64,000 nt of DNA from Balanoglossus misakiensis (GCA_040954595.2 CM082580.2:4640783-4704782), one strand, 5' to 3'. Shown: positions 1-13,342, counted from the first letter of the stretch. Translations and numbers: made by a program. The notes: a model not told the origin generated them from the letters alone.

Positions 1-1233
1 CTTATTCGACGCGGATGAATTTTGACAGTAATGTGCTCTTGTGGTAAATAGGGTAAAGAACAAACCATTTTACTGATGATTTATTCTCCATACTGTTTTT
101 GATGTTTTTCTCTGAAAGTAAAGACGCTTGAAATCACGCTGACCTTTAACGGTAATGATAACCGACCTTCAATAGCGTAACCTGTCGATGTCACATCAAT
201 TTTCATCACAAAAATAATCATTAAAGAATAGGTTTTTCGAAGATTACGATTAGCCAAAAATAAAAAAACACTGCAACACTTGCAGCTAAGAAATAAAACC
301 AGATTTTGAATTATAGCTTGTGTAAATATGAAAGAATATGAGAAATTCCACTTTCTGCTAAATTACTTTGCTTGTCTTAACTTGTTGGTTGTATTTTCGT
401 GCCACTCTGCTCCTGTTAGGTACTGTAACCATGGAAACAAATTTGGTGATGAAAAGAAACGAACGTCTTTAGTGTTTGTGAAATCAACTTCCGAAGGATA
501 ATTATTTCATAAGCTAACTTAATTAATTTTTCTTTAAGGCATGATATAATCTGTTAATTGCTTGATGTCGCTAATGGCGTTGAGCTTTGTGAGTGGTAAG
601 AATAGACGTTTCCATTGAACGAATATTAAGCGAGTACAAAGGTAGCTGATATTACGGAGCCTTCAAGTGGTTGAATGGAAACAGAAAACGAATGAAAACG
701 CCCGTGGAATCTTTCCGGTAATAACGACTAAACTAATTGGACGAATATTAACAAGTGTACTTTTGTCGAGTTTGTCTTCATAAGATGACCCTGGATATCT
801 GCCGAAACCGCGGTTGATTGCATCGTCTTGAATAAAAATTAAGTGACTCATATTTCCGATTTTGAATTGACAAGAAACAAAATATGAACAATTTGAGGGG
901 AATTTGAGGTTCTTCGCGTTTAAAATGCAAACAGTGTAATGACAATTCCCGGGGCAAAACTAATGGTTACGAAACAAATTAATGACTTTGAGGTATATGT
1001 AAAGCAGGTCTTTCAAGGTGATAAATCACATTTACTTTGAAAATGCTTTAATATGCAGAAACAAGGCGCCTTGATTAATGTTTACTGCGCATGTATCGCG
1101 ATAAACTATACGCAAGGCTGAAATACAGAAAGGTAAAAGTTCCGTGAATTTGCCAAGCGGAAGAAAGGGGTACATGACATTTGCATTTTGAAACAGTAAT
1201 ATATTATGAGTACAGATTTACATATTGACTTGC

Positions 1234-4200
1234 CTATAGCTTCATTTATGGACGGCATTCCGTTTGGATGTTCAGAGGGCGGCCAGAAGAAAGCAGTCAA
1301 CGGCTCGTAGATCTGCAGCAGCAGTGGACAGAAGGCAAGCGAGAGCACAGCCGGCAAGGAGATTTTCAGTAACTGCATCGGTTGGTTGAAGAAACTGTCT
1401 AATGATTCGATTGTCTTCTCGTCTTCTCTTGATAAGACTGCAATGAAAAGAAACAAAATGGTCGTCGTTGTTGTTGTTGCTGCTGCCGTTGTTATTGTAA
1501 TTGTTGTTAATATTTTTGTTGTTTTGCAAATGGTAACATATGAATTGAAGATGTCCAGGAAAATAAGAGGTTGTATCAGATCAATGGCAAGGAGACGAAA
1601 CGTGGTGTTGGCGTTAAAGATTTTACATTGCCCAAGCAGAGTGTGAAACCATGTGTTGGTTTTTGATCAACATTAACATATCCGCAAGTGTAGACCAGAT
1701 GAAAGGAAACATTAGCGCCGACATAATTGTTATCAATAAATATGTCAACTTAATTCTCCCTACTTTTAAAAGGTTTTAGCTACCTATAGGTGAAAGACGA
1801 AAGTCTCATATGGTCGACACAATTTTGGAATGGCCAATTTTTGCTATGCATAAGAGATGAAGGTCTTAAGGATGTACGCGCAGAACATAAACCGGAAACA
1901 CTGCGCGCCCAGTCTTTTTCCCATAGGATTACATTGAAAATTGCTAGAAAACAAACTTCTACTATTGTCATTTTCACGAAATTTTACACATAGCTCAGTC
2001 CAGCAAATATAAATTCATTGGTCAAATAAAATGTAGGGGTCACCGCCCTCTATTTTGAGATAAATTGCGTCAAAAATTTTGCCCATAGACAAACCATTGG
2101 TGAAAAATGCTGAGTCAGCAGTTTTCTTCTATTATCGACTAAATTCATGGCTCTGTATTTCAAAAACAAGCGCGGTGACCCATATATTTTATTACGGATT
2201 TTCATTATACATACAAAGGAGAATCCAAAAATCCACAATTAAAAAAATGACAATACTTTCAATTTTACTGAACGTACATCCTTAAGCAAATGTGGTAGTT
2301 GGTCATTATGAAACTTTTCAACAGAAGAAAACAACAAAATGTGAAAACAGTTGAACGAGTTTAATATGCTAACTAAAGACAGAAATGTTTGACCAAAAAA
2401 AGTAATGAAATACAGTTTACATACATTTGTTTCTGTCTCTTACTACGGTGCGTTGTCGACCTTTTACCCAGAATGCAAATATTATAATGTGATATGACCC
2501 CCTAGCACGAAGTAAAAACCTATTTAAGTCAGCATGTGAAGTAAGTCCAATGTCAATGTCACTCAAGCTAAAGAAATTGTGATCTGACTAACAGTTATTG
2601 ATCGCACACTCAGTATTACTTAAGTAGAGATTTAATGTCTTGACACAGAATGATGTAATGACAAAATAAGTAAATCCGTGATTAAAATGTTGTTTTATTC
2701 GTCAGAGCCGCGAATGGCACATGGAATTTGACAGGCGTTGAAGATTTTGGTTTGACATAAAATTCGTATTCGAACACGGGGTAAAGGTTAACTGCCTCAG
2801 CTTGAAATCCGATACTTTAATGAAATTTACAAAATATATGCACCATTGAATATTTTCAATTTTCAAAACTTCCACTCATGAAAGCTAATTAATGACTATT
2901 GATCTGTACAAACACAATCTATTTAAAACAACCAAACCAAATGGACTTGTGTCCACACTATGTAATTACAGCTTACAAAATACCCAACTAAAATTCCATT
3001 AAGGTAGCGTTTGAAGTTCGTGTGAGTATTCCATTTAAATTTCCAAAAAAAAGCTCTTCCTCCATGCAAAAAATCATTTTCCATGGTCTTTAGAGGTGAC
3101 AACAAGTCAACAATGATAACGACATTTACAGTCTATTAAAATTATGTTAAGAGAGGAATGGGCGGCGCATGGCATATGCCTGTCTTAATTGGTACTTGGA
3201 CAGGTTTCTCTGTCTCGCAATTAATGTAACACGAATGATTGGATTTTTCGCTTATGGCTGTTTTAACAAACTAATGAAAGGGGGTCTTTAACATTGTGAT
3301 CGGCGATTGTGATAAAATAACTAGTCTGTCTTTCGACAATCCGGAATATGTTTTTTCCCAACAATATACACAAGTTTCAGATCGTTTTGTTAAAACGATC
3401 ATCAGATGTTCTGGGCAAGACGTACACTTTTTCAACTACATTTTTCTACATTCCCCTTTAAGACCTCTACACAGTTTTGTACCACGCAAATATAATTCGT
3501 AAAAAGCACTTTCCATAAAACTATGTGCCGTATCAACGTTGTTTGGCTAAGATATTTTCGATGAAAATTATTCTGTCACAGACCTTACAAGCTACCATAA
3601 AACTGAATTTCCAGCAAAGAACAATTGGAACTTACATGAAGACACAGGAGGCTTTTTGGGCGCATTGACGTTGCCATTCTCGGTGTCGATCGCAAATGCA
3701 GCATTCGTGAAAGCCTGTCCCACACCTCTCTGCTTGAGTTTGTGATTATGCATAAACTTTCGATACTGCGCTGTCACCATTAGGCTTCCAAGAGCTGTTT
3801 GAAGTTGTGAGAAAATGTATACGTTAACTGTTTGTGATGACTTAAAGTACCATATATGGTCGTGTTCTGCGCCTTGCCGGTATATGTATTTGTGTAGCAT
3901 CAAATTTAGTCCTCCGACCTAAGTTGCAACTTCGTATTCTACAGAACAACTTTCAGCTAAATATCGCTGATATACACAACTAACTAGTACAGTGATTCAA
4001 ATACTTTATTTTGATATAAACAATGCATACGGACAATGATTGTCACTTTATTCATGATAGAGGAACTGAGTATTCACGTCGCCGCTACAAGCAAAATTCC
4101 AAGGTTCTACTTTCAAGTGTTAAGCTGTAACAACGTTGAGTGGGAATGGATTAAACGATATTTGGTTTGTTGAAAAAGCAATCACCCTGTGTACTTTAGC

Positions 4201-4673
4201 AATTTGCTAATTATAAAGTAAATACCCAGAAATATAGGCATCTAACTAATATTAGGTTATAACTTCTCATCATAGGTAAGCAGGAAAGTGTCACATTTTG
4301 CTTGAAATTCTCGTGTTTGATACTGGAATTGTTTTCGACGTCACCTTGACGGCAACTGCGTTTCCTTTTGACGTTCGTAAACCTGAGCGCAGTCTTACCT
4401 ACCGAGATAAATCAGGAATATTAGAACGAATGGCGGCATCATGAACTCCGCCAGGGAAGGCCTGCGTTCAGCCACAACATTAGGACCCTCCGGTTCGGTG
4501 GATGAACTTCCACTCTCGGATTCGGATTCTGGTTCGGTCTCTGTCCCTTCCGGTTCTGCAGACGTGACCTCGGGTTCACTCTCCGCTTCTGTGGTACTGG
4601 AGGACTCGACCACCGGCATTCGTGATGTGAATGCGAAGAGTGTGAGAGTGATTAGAAATCCCACTTTACTCAT
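1234..4673 (-). CDS. Partial multi-exon membrane protein: signal peptide, acidic E/P/S/T linker, hydrophobic segments. Continues off the left edge; possibly DUF4239/bestrophin-like family
   Basis: Phase-consistent exons 4673-4403 (MSKVGFLITLTLFAF...EPE-rich...PPFVLIFLIYL), 3794-3636 and 1437-1234 (...LPAVLSLAFCPLLLQIYEPLTAFFWPPSEHPNGMPSINEAI). All have polypyrimidine-AG acceptors; the last donor is GCAAGT. The family guess is from memory only. Confidence 0.7.
1775..2528. mobile_element. Dispersed repeat (second copy ~39111-39440) interrupted by a nested MITE
   Basis: 1775-1865 plus 2286-2528 align collinearly with 39111-39440 (gctaccta...catggtcgacacaattt...gacccctagcac...aaaacctatttaag). 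Confidence 0.7.
1870..2281. mobile_element. Non-autonomous DNA transposon (Kolobok-like MITE) with TTAA target duplication
   Basis: TTAA-GGATGTACG ... CGTACATCC-TTAA. This segment is absent from the homologous repeat copy at ~39190-39210. Confidence 0.75.
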
Positions 4674-5359
4674 GATGAACGCCAACGCAGGATTCCTTTT
4701 CTTCTGCCAGAAATATTCCAGTCTCAACTACCGTGCTGGATAAAAGAAACGATAAGTCTTGCTTAAAAATTTTGATTCGCACACAGTTTCCCCTTGTCGT
4801 TCACATCACACGTCAGCAGGACACATTGCCTACACTTGTCCTTCTGGTTGACCGGTGCTTCTTGGTGTTTAAGTGACCCACAAATGGCCTGTAACCCAGT
4901 AAATGCAAGTTTCCCAAGAGTGTTATTAAACTGTTGTGTGAGATTGGTACATGTGGCGATATTGACCAATACACTTAGGAAATTGATCTGCTGTATAAGT
5001 AGCTGCCTATGACGTGTGGTGGGTTGGTTGCTTGGTTTGTATTAAGTGCGTCATATAATCATGCACCAGGGTTTTAAAATGTGGTTTTTGCATGTACGGT
5101 TAATTAAATCAATCGATTGATGCATGGGAACCACTTTACACTGCATTTATTCCGTTAGTTAATGCTTTATCCTGTAACTCATTGACTTCGCGTTTAATGA
5201 TTGTGGATTTGAACATGCATGCGATTGAAAAGTGAGGAAAGAATCTTTAATCATGCCCGGCCGTACTCATTATACAAGCATTCATTTGATGATTTTCAAT
5301 AATATGACCAGTATTTAAATCACGACATTAGTTTTAACAAACGATGCATCAATCGGCAA

Positions 5360-5500
5360 GGAAAATAAGATATTTTAGCGAACACATCATTATTTAATAA
5401 CACCAATAGGTCATCCACACACAAAAAAACATTAGTGAGTGCCGAAACCAGCGTATCATCTATATTGTGCAAGTCCTGCAACAAGTTCATAGAGGGTTTA
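5360..5500 (-). mobile_element. Degenerate Penelope-like reverse transcriptase fragment
   Basis: Translation ...ALTNVFLCVDDLLVLLNNDVF resembles the RYIDD-hh-x-hNN-xxF motif of Penelope-like RTs. Short and decayed. Confidence 0.35.
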
Positions 5501-5689
5501 CGATCATTATAGATCATTACATGTTTACTGATACCGAAAATTATAATGATTTGTTTCATTTGAATCATACCAATCTGTTCAATCTCTATCGTGCACTCGA
5601 TTGTTCATTATAATGTCGGTCAAAGAAGTTTATGTTATTCAGTATAATGGCTATTTTAGTTTTCAAAGATAACACGAGAACAGCATTCA

Positions 5690-5885
5690 CTTATTTTGGA
5701 TATACAGTGAATCAACGTTCGACCACACACAACTTTCATTCCGTTTGTAGGATATGAGAGTAAAAATGTCGCGAAAATGAATAAACGGTAGAGACCGATT
5801 ATTCATTTTGGCGAGTTTTTCCCTCACGTGTCTACAAGTGGGATGGAAGTTGTGTGTGGTCGAATATTGATTCAATATATAGTCC
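5690..5885. mobile_element. Internal fragment of the AGGGACAAAG foldback MITE family
   Basis: Shares gtgaatcaacgttcgaccacacacaac...tctacaagtgggatggaagttgtgtgtgg with the full copies; termini are missing. Confidence 0.75.
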
Positions 5886-6895
5886 ATCGCATAAATATCA
5901 AAAGGCGAATGTCGCAAGTCTTAATGCGAGATCCGGGGGTTGAAAATTGCACATGTAATGTGCACGGCGTGGTACGGGAATGCGGTTCAACATAAATATA
6001 TAAGACTCTCGAACAAGCGCTCACGATTTGATACGCGATTGCACTACACCATCGGAATTCGATATTCTTTTTTTTTTCTTGAATGAAGTATAAATAAATT
6101 TACCTTAGGGCTCACCTCGATTTGTCTAATCCTGCACCAGTGACGTGAAATATTCAGCCTCAGGACAATCAAGTCATCGGTTGTCTTCAAGACAGGCTGA
6201 TAAACGTCCTTCTGGGTTGCCTCTGCAGCTTGCTTAATACTATTAGTGCGCGCAATTGAGACTTGAGATCGCGTTTAACATGTTAAAGGTGCGCACAACG
6301 ACTAACAAGTTACATAGGTGGCGTTGTAGTAATATGCGAAACTTGATATATTATGCAAATTACAACCCACGTGACATACAAGATTTAACATTTTTGTGTA
6401 GGGAATTCAGGAATGGTATTAAATTCCGCGCCCCTCAAGTATTACAGCCCACTAACCCCCTTTGCTGGGTGCCATGTTCCAGGAAAACAGTCTATACGAT
6501 TAACAAACCAAACAGCCACTCATATAGGGTCGACAGGTCACACAAGTTGTATTCCTCGCCTTAAGTACCAACTAATATCGCTTGAACAGAAATGTATGTC
6601 TGCGAATTTTACCAACGAAAGGATTGCAGATTATTCTGGTTTCAAGTTGAGTGCATTTATTTTTTTCACATCCATACATTTCATATTTCGCATCAGATGA
6701 CTATGGATATGGCACACAAATATTGCGGGTTATTTTCTCCTAAAGGCTATTGGACATAATTGATACGAATAAAGGATACCATGATTTTCGTCATTGTTTT
6801 TTTTTGTTTTGTTTTTTTTTTTGTAAATCTTGCTTACAGCGAAAGATGTAGTTGTTTTGACGATTTGCTGGCTGACATAGCAGAGGTGGTTCATT

Positions 6896-9589
6896 TCAGT
6901 CTGTTGTCAACACTTCTCCCCATGGAGAAAATTCCGGTTTCTTCAAAATTCTGCGACATATATCATAGTGCTTCCGTATTATCTCTACAAAAAGATTAGA
7001 AAATATGAGTTAGAGACCAGTATTAACAATACAGACATTATTTGGAATATAAAAGACATATATTTACAATGTAGCCTTCGTTTTGCGCATTAGCCTCGAT
7101 TAATAATGTACTATATTTACATACTATGATGGTAAGAACAATATTTTCGTTCATTTTAATTTTTAGAAACTTTCAATGATCAACGGTAAACGTTTCTTGT
7201 GAAATGCTATAAGGAATTAAAGGACAAGTAGACATCTCCTTTTGCGTTCTATTTGGCGTCATATTCACATCCGGAAAATCTTTACATGAAGCAAATCTCA
7301 TAATAGCGTGGCCTCGGTATACGTAAAACACTTCAAACGGGTAAAGTTGTCCAAATTGAAGTCACCAACCTTCTCGAGTGTTTCCAACGATGTAAGTAGT
7401 TGCAACGTTGGTGCCGTACATCTCAGAAGTTAGGGCGATGCGTTCACCGGGTGATATTTGAGTAGTGACCTCAGGAATCTTAGAGATTTCGTCAAAATCC
7501 AGGATGCGTTCGGCCTTGCCAGAAGCATAGGTGTCTACGAAGCCCCACATGCCGTGTAGTCCATTCGGAGATGGTGTCTCAATAGTTTCTCCGCAACTAA
7601 GTTGAAGCAAATCTTGCACGAGATCTCCATTGGTGTATACTTGTTGGGATATGATCGCCATTCCAAGATCAACCCTCCCGTTAACCTCAAGGAACTTATA
7701 TTCCCCGTTTGGCAGCGAGAAGAATTCGATGTTAAGGAACTGGTTGTCGAACCCCTTTTCGATCAGTTTCCTCAAGATTTTGTCCGCCAACTGCCAGACC
7801 TTCGCTTCTTCTTTCGCCGACGCGCACGAAGGTGCAAACCCCCCGAGGAAGGTACGTGCGCCCTCTCTTGGTGGGTTTCTGTCGAAAAGCCAATCGTGGA
7901 CGCCCATGTGCATTATCTGGCCATTCCGAACACAACAATTCGCCGTAGTTATTGCCAAGGCATCGATATATTCCTCGAGTAAGATACACGAAGAAAGGGC
8001 ATACGGATAGGTATTAACATCAATCCACTTGTGTGCGAAAGTTTTGCTAATAAACTGGCAGTCATTGTTGCTTTGAAGGTGCGTCAAAGCCTTATGGAGT
8101 TCATTCGTACCTGTTATCTTATGAACCCCGAATGACGACTCCCCGATCACCGGTTTAACGCAACACACGCCTCCAACATTCTTCAAAAAATCACTCGCCT
8201 TCGATATTGTGACTTCTAAGCTGTCATCCAAGTTAAGTAGAATCGACTTGGCCTGCGGGATATCAGGATCCAAAATTCTTGCTCCGTAATACTTGTGCGA
8301 GGTCAGAAAAGCAGCCTCCACCGACGGACCTCTGATATGGGGGAACGTATCGGACAGGGCAGCGTGCACAACAGACCCTACATCACTGCCACTTATCACG
8401 GCATCAATGTTGCAGTCGCGTACCATTCCAATGCACCGTTCTGTGTAGTCGTACAAGTTGAACTTTTCTCTTGTATCCCATTTGGCATTAACCAAGGAGT
8501 ATTTCTGTTTCACCTCTGGATGCGTGTGTAACGTTATGAAGATACTTTCATCGAAGTTTGCTGGACACAATACGAGTGTCTTCTGTGATAAGAAAATACA
8601 TTCCAGGCATCAAGGTAGTAGCAACTGTGCCAGGATACAGGGCAAGCACATTTCTTTGAAGCCCCTTTTAATTCTATAGGAACAAGTGCTCTTCGGCATC
8701 CGTGTATTTTTACGTATCACACCCGACGACCCGGTTGAATGATTGCTCCAAACGGCAGTAAACGTCAATTTTACATTGTTTTTATTTTATATACATAACT
8801 TGACAAAAATGTATTTTAAATCACATATAATGAATACGATATATAATCATTGCATTACCTTCACTGCAGCGAAAAGACTTGAACTTCGTCTGTACAAAGT
8901 TGATAGCATGTTTTCAGAATACTACAATAAAGCATTCAACTAAAAATTATTAAAAGGGAGGAAACTTTCCTGTACTTGACTGAAGAAACATTTTCTTTCA
9001 TTGCTGTTTACATATAGTTGTTAGTATTTCGGGAACTGGGTAGTATATTTTGACACTGGACTATCTCCGTTAAGGTGATAAACACTCATAGATTAATTTT
9101 CTGTTCTATTATCAAAATTTCACACCAGGCTCAGGTATCAGAATTTACACACACAAACAGAAGTATATTTTAGCCAAACGCTGTAAGGAAGGATCACAAT
9201 CTACGTGATTGACTAACCCCAATTTCCTCCGGCCCGCCCCTTTTATAATTAATGAAAACTCCCTTACACCAAAACTTCCATTGCGAATCACACATCACGT
9301 CAACGTCATTGTGTACCGGAAGTGCAATATTTTGAAACGGTCGTTGCTGAAATACCACTCTTCCTTTAGTTTTTCGACTGCTAGATATCAAAGATATGCA
9401 AACTAAAGAAGTGTTCATCAAAGAATCTATCGTTTGTTGGCAACATATACACATGATATAAGCCCCATCGCCCTTATACCGCACTTCCGGTCACCGGATT
9501 CGAAATAGCTGTACTACTATTATTCACAATCATGAAGATCCACACTCACGTCCACCTCTGCCTCCAGCTTGGTGGCCAGGAATTACCAT
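6896..9589 (-). CDS. ATP-grasp domain amino-acid/peptide ligase (L-amino-acid ligase/carnosine synthase-like), ~434 aa
   Basis: Exons: ATG-only micro-exon 9589-9587 (ATG|GTAATT, tentative), 8582-7370, and 6984-6896 (EIIRKHYDICRRILKKPEFSPWGEVLTTD*). Motifs: HKYY, CVKPVIGESSFGVHKI, LLEEYI, FLNIEFF, FLEVNGR (ExNxR). Confidence 0.88.
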
Positions 9590-9635
9590 GTCCCTGACAC
9601 GTGCAGGCTGTTCTAGTACTAAAACTAACCTGATC

Positions 9636-9650
9636 AGAGCTTATACGCAC
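9636..9650 (-). promoter_or_regulatory. Candidate TATA-like element for the ATP-grasp gene
   Basis: GTATAAG on the minus strand, ~55 nt upstream of the putative ATG micro-exon. Confidence 0.3.
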
Positions 9651-10104
9651 ACCCAAATTGACCTAGGAGATAAGTCTTTACCAACTGGCAAAACGGCGTC
9701 AGTTATTCAGCCGAGCATTGACCTCTGACGTCATACATGGCCACTAGGCTAAAAGGAGATGTACATGCTTACTTGACGGGGGGGGGGGGGGGTCTTTGCT
9801 GCTATGTCCGCCAGGTATTAAACAGGGCAACAGTTGGTAACGTAACACAAAATATACATCCAAGGTGGGAACATTGCTTATTGCGCGGTCTCGATTATTG
9901 AATAGATGGCTTTCCGCTCACTGCGAGATCTCGCGAGACGAGACAATAAAAATAGCAACGGGTTGCTAGCCAAGTCAAACTCTGCATGAAACTAGAATAT
10001 GTGCTGATTTAAAAACAATTGTAGCACTTGTGCCTGTTTAATGCGATGGACAATTTCTTGTCTGTCATCTATCCCTGTGACTTGATAATGTTCTCCCATA
10101 TTAA

Positions 10105-10288
10105 AGGTATATGGTCACCTATGCAAATTTTGCTACAGTTACCATGGTAAATTTAGATCTAACCAACCACAGATTTTCAGTGGGTGGCACACGCGAAAAA
10201 AGAGCGCCACCATACGTTCTTTAGAACACTCAAATACGCCATTTCATCTACACATGGCGAGATGTAAATTGGAGGTGACCATATACCA
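10105..10288. mobile_element. Kolobok-like MITE; partial related copy at ~59563-59612
   Basis: TTAA-AGGTATATGGTCACCT ... AGGTGACCATATACC terminal inverted repeat. Confidence 0.65.
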
Positions 10289-11048
10289 TAAATAGCCTAG
10301 TTACGCGGCATCTCGCAGGGTGAAGTTCGGAAAATTGTCTATTTACGACAGACACTGCTCTATACTACAGTTTTCAATAGAAAATCAGAGGTGTGCCCTG
10401 TTTTGAGGGTCAAGATTTTCATTCTGCGCCCCTCAAGTATTACAGCACACTTGTTTCATGGAATTACAGGATAAATGTAGTAGGCCTAAGTATAGGATAT
10501 GTTGTCACCTCAAACGTAATATTTCAATTGTCAGACATTTTTTGGTGTGATTTTATGGACTTGAAAATACGGTGCTGGAGATCATTGAGGCACTAGAAAT
10601 GGGCAAGATTCCTTCCTTGTCTCTCTTTGTATATTGGGAGTGTTGCTTGCCGTGGAGCAAAAAAATATCCCAGCCCTAACCATAACCGTTGAATATACCC
10701 TAACCCTAACATGTCAACAAACAAACGTGACCATATTTATAAACAAACAAACAAACAAACTTGTTTTGTTTATTTTGCAAATCAATAATATAAACAAACA
10801 AACAAACAAACAAACAAACAAACAAACAAACAAACACACTAAAAGCGCGTAGGGTGCGCCCCCTGTGGTTGTTTTTCTTGCCGGCCCGCGACACGTAAAT
10901 ATATTAACTGATTTGAAAGAAACGTTCTAAAGTCTTTGTTTAGGATGTCCTTCTGGATCAGTCATGTGGAATTGTGGGTAACTTATCACACTGTGTCTGT
11001 TCACGGTCACTCGTGACCGTGGTCTGTTCAAGTACAGCATAATACAAG

Positions 11049-13342
11049 ATGGCCGAGGACAGTCTTCCAAAAAGGCAAGTATTTTCTTAAAGATATTAAT
11101 ATGACTTACGTCTGTTAATATTGACGCAGAACGAGCCGATCGTGACGATTCTATTAAACATAGTCAGTGTCAGTCGTCGTTATGCCACTTTCAGATGACG
11201 CGACAATGAATGTGACCTTGTTTACGTACATTCAAATCTTTATGTGTAGGGTGGCATTGGGTCAGCACTCTTTCTTCAAGGTACATGTACATGTATAGCG
11301 TCTTTGTTAGGCAAACACAACTCTGCATTTCCCTAACATTTTCCCCAAAACAAACGAATGTAACTTAGCGCTACAGTGGCCAGATATTCTGAAATTTCTA
11401 CACTGTAGCCTAATATGTGCACCTAGTGGACAACAAAACAAACTGTATGTTGGTGAAAAATTCACAACGAGAAAAAATTACTTTGATTTAATTTGATTAA
11501 GTGTGATGTTAATGAATGTTTTATAAGTTAACCTCGATCTTTGTATTGGGCAACCAGAGCAGGTTGTATCCAGCTAATGAGGTTCTATCATAAAATCATA
11601 GTACATTGGAATATGGTAGGAAAGAACAATCACCAATGCAGCTGAATGTAAATTTATAAACGATTTAGCTATACGGAGACTGCTTTCTGTCTGTTTATAA
11701 GTTCTCGATACATTTCTTGTGACGAATGCCGGAAAACAGACCATGACATTTCACAGTGACCGTTGATATTGGTCACTTGCTAATGACAGGCTGTGATACA
11801 CATGACAGTCAAATCTCTGCATGCCTTTTTAGTTTTGAGGTCAAAGTTCGAGTTGCTACGAAAGAAGACCTGAAAGCTATGAGTGATCTCACGGTTTCTG
11901 TGGGTTGGAATTATCCGGTCGAATATCTAGAAGCGTTTCAACAGGCCAGCCCAGATGGCTACTTCGTTTGTGAAAACGATGGCGAGATTATTGGTGAGTT
12001 GCATTTGACAGAATAGCTCTTATATTTTAGGATTATTTAAAACCAAAGGCGTAATAAAAGGCTCTTGTCCTCTCTGTTTGTACAATTAAACACAATCCAC
12101 AATAACACGTATCCGTTAAAACTAGGCCCAAGGTTATACATTTTAAATATGCGTATTATTGAAACTCCCAAAGGCTGTGGTTACAAATGGTGGGTATATA
12201 GGAGGTCACACGAATCGAGGTCTCTAAATGCGTTGTTCCAGTGAGAACTACGTCATTGGCAACTACATAGTTAGGCCCAAGACAAGTTATTTTTTCATAT
12301 AAAGTATCTTAATTTTGGCGAACGGATGGGACTAAAACTTTTTTTGTGAATGTGGACCAGTACGGGACTAAAATATGTGGCTTAATTTCAGGACCCCTTG
12401 ACATAAGCTTACCAGAAGAACATCTGATACGAGTCAACAATAAATGGGACTTTAAGATGTTTTGGCATGTCTTTCAATATTGCTGAAGTACATATGATTT
12501 ATTTTAATATTTGAAGCCTGTCTTACCCTACAGGTACGTTTCATACACAGTTAATTGCCAAATTACTGAAAGCATTGCTCACTGAGCCTTCTCTTCTTTA
12601 CTGATTTCGGTTCATGCCCACAGCTATGTCATACGCAATCAACCAGACAGCTGATCTGGCCTCCGTTGCACTTGCCATCACCAGGAAAGAATATCGAAAA
12701 CAAGGCATGCTCACGAGGCTCTCGCGGGAGTTGAGAAGATATATCGGTGAAAGGAACGCGGGAACAAATTCGGAGGGTCAACATCGTACAGAGGTTATGA
12801 TTGGCCAGGGCTTCATTCACGTGGATTTTGACACAGCTTGCTATCAGGGACGGGTGAATCACTCAATGTTACCAGCCCTTGAAACCGTCGCACCAGAAGG
12901 CACCGCCATTTTGCCTCTGGGGCAAATAACGTTTGATAGCCTAGTGAAGTATGATGCACAGATATATCCTTTCGAGAGGGAAGATTTTCTTAAAATTTGG
13001 TGGAACGGAAAAGATGTTCATAATTTTGTTGCCATGAATGCAAATGATGAGATTGTAGGGTATGTAAATGCTCGGCCACTGATTAATAGTTTTTCCGTTT
13101 TACCGTTATTTGCCGACGATGTTACCATTGCAGAATCTCTGTTAATAACCCTCTGTAGTCATCTTCCAAACAATGTCTTCATAAGAATGCTAGTCCCATT
13201 ACGCAACACAGAAGCAGAAGAGTTGGCTAAGAAGTTTAATATCACTGATGAAATATTCACAATGACTCGCCAGTACAATAAAAAGATTATCACATTTCCT
13301 TTGGATAAAATGTTTTCTTTAAATTCTGCAGAAATCATTTAA
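11049..13342 (+). CDS. GNAT acyltransferase copy 1 (holothin acyltransferase/YitH-like tandem GNAT), ~301 aa
   Basis: Exons 11049-11074 (GC donor), 11833-11993 and 12624-13342; total 906 nt in frame. Motifs: VGWN, F.CE.DGEII, motif A EYRKQG, second domain YDAQIYPFEREDFL...GY...R...PLFADD...AESLL. Confidence 0.88.

Noticed and set aside
4480-4620. S/T/E-rich segment as a graspetide (microviridin-like) precursor for the ATP-grasp + GNAT + protease set
   Set aside because: It lies between a signal peptide and a TM helix of a larger spliced protein, has no leader motif or repeated core, and the ligase does not resemble RimK/MvdD.
7175-7364. Open frame continuing ~60 codons past the TGA of the 402-aa ATP-grasp ORF (possible selenocysteine or readthrough)
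   Set aside because: A donor at 7369 and an acceptor before 6984 give a more convincing family-like C-terminus (GNTREEIIRKH...SPW), so the TGA is intronic.
7602-8010. Antisense and alternate-frame ORFs over the ATP-grasp, GNAT and creatinase exons
   Set aside because: They are shadow ORFs of real coding exons.
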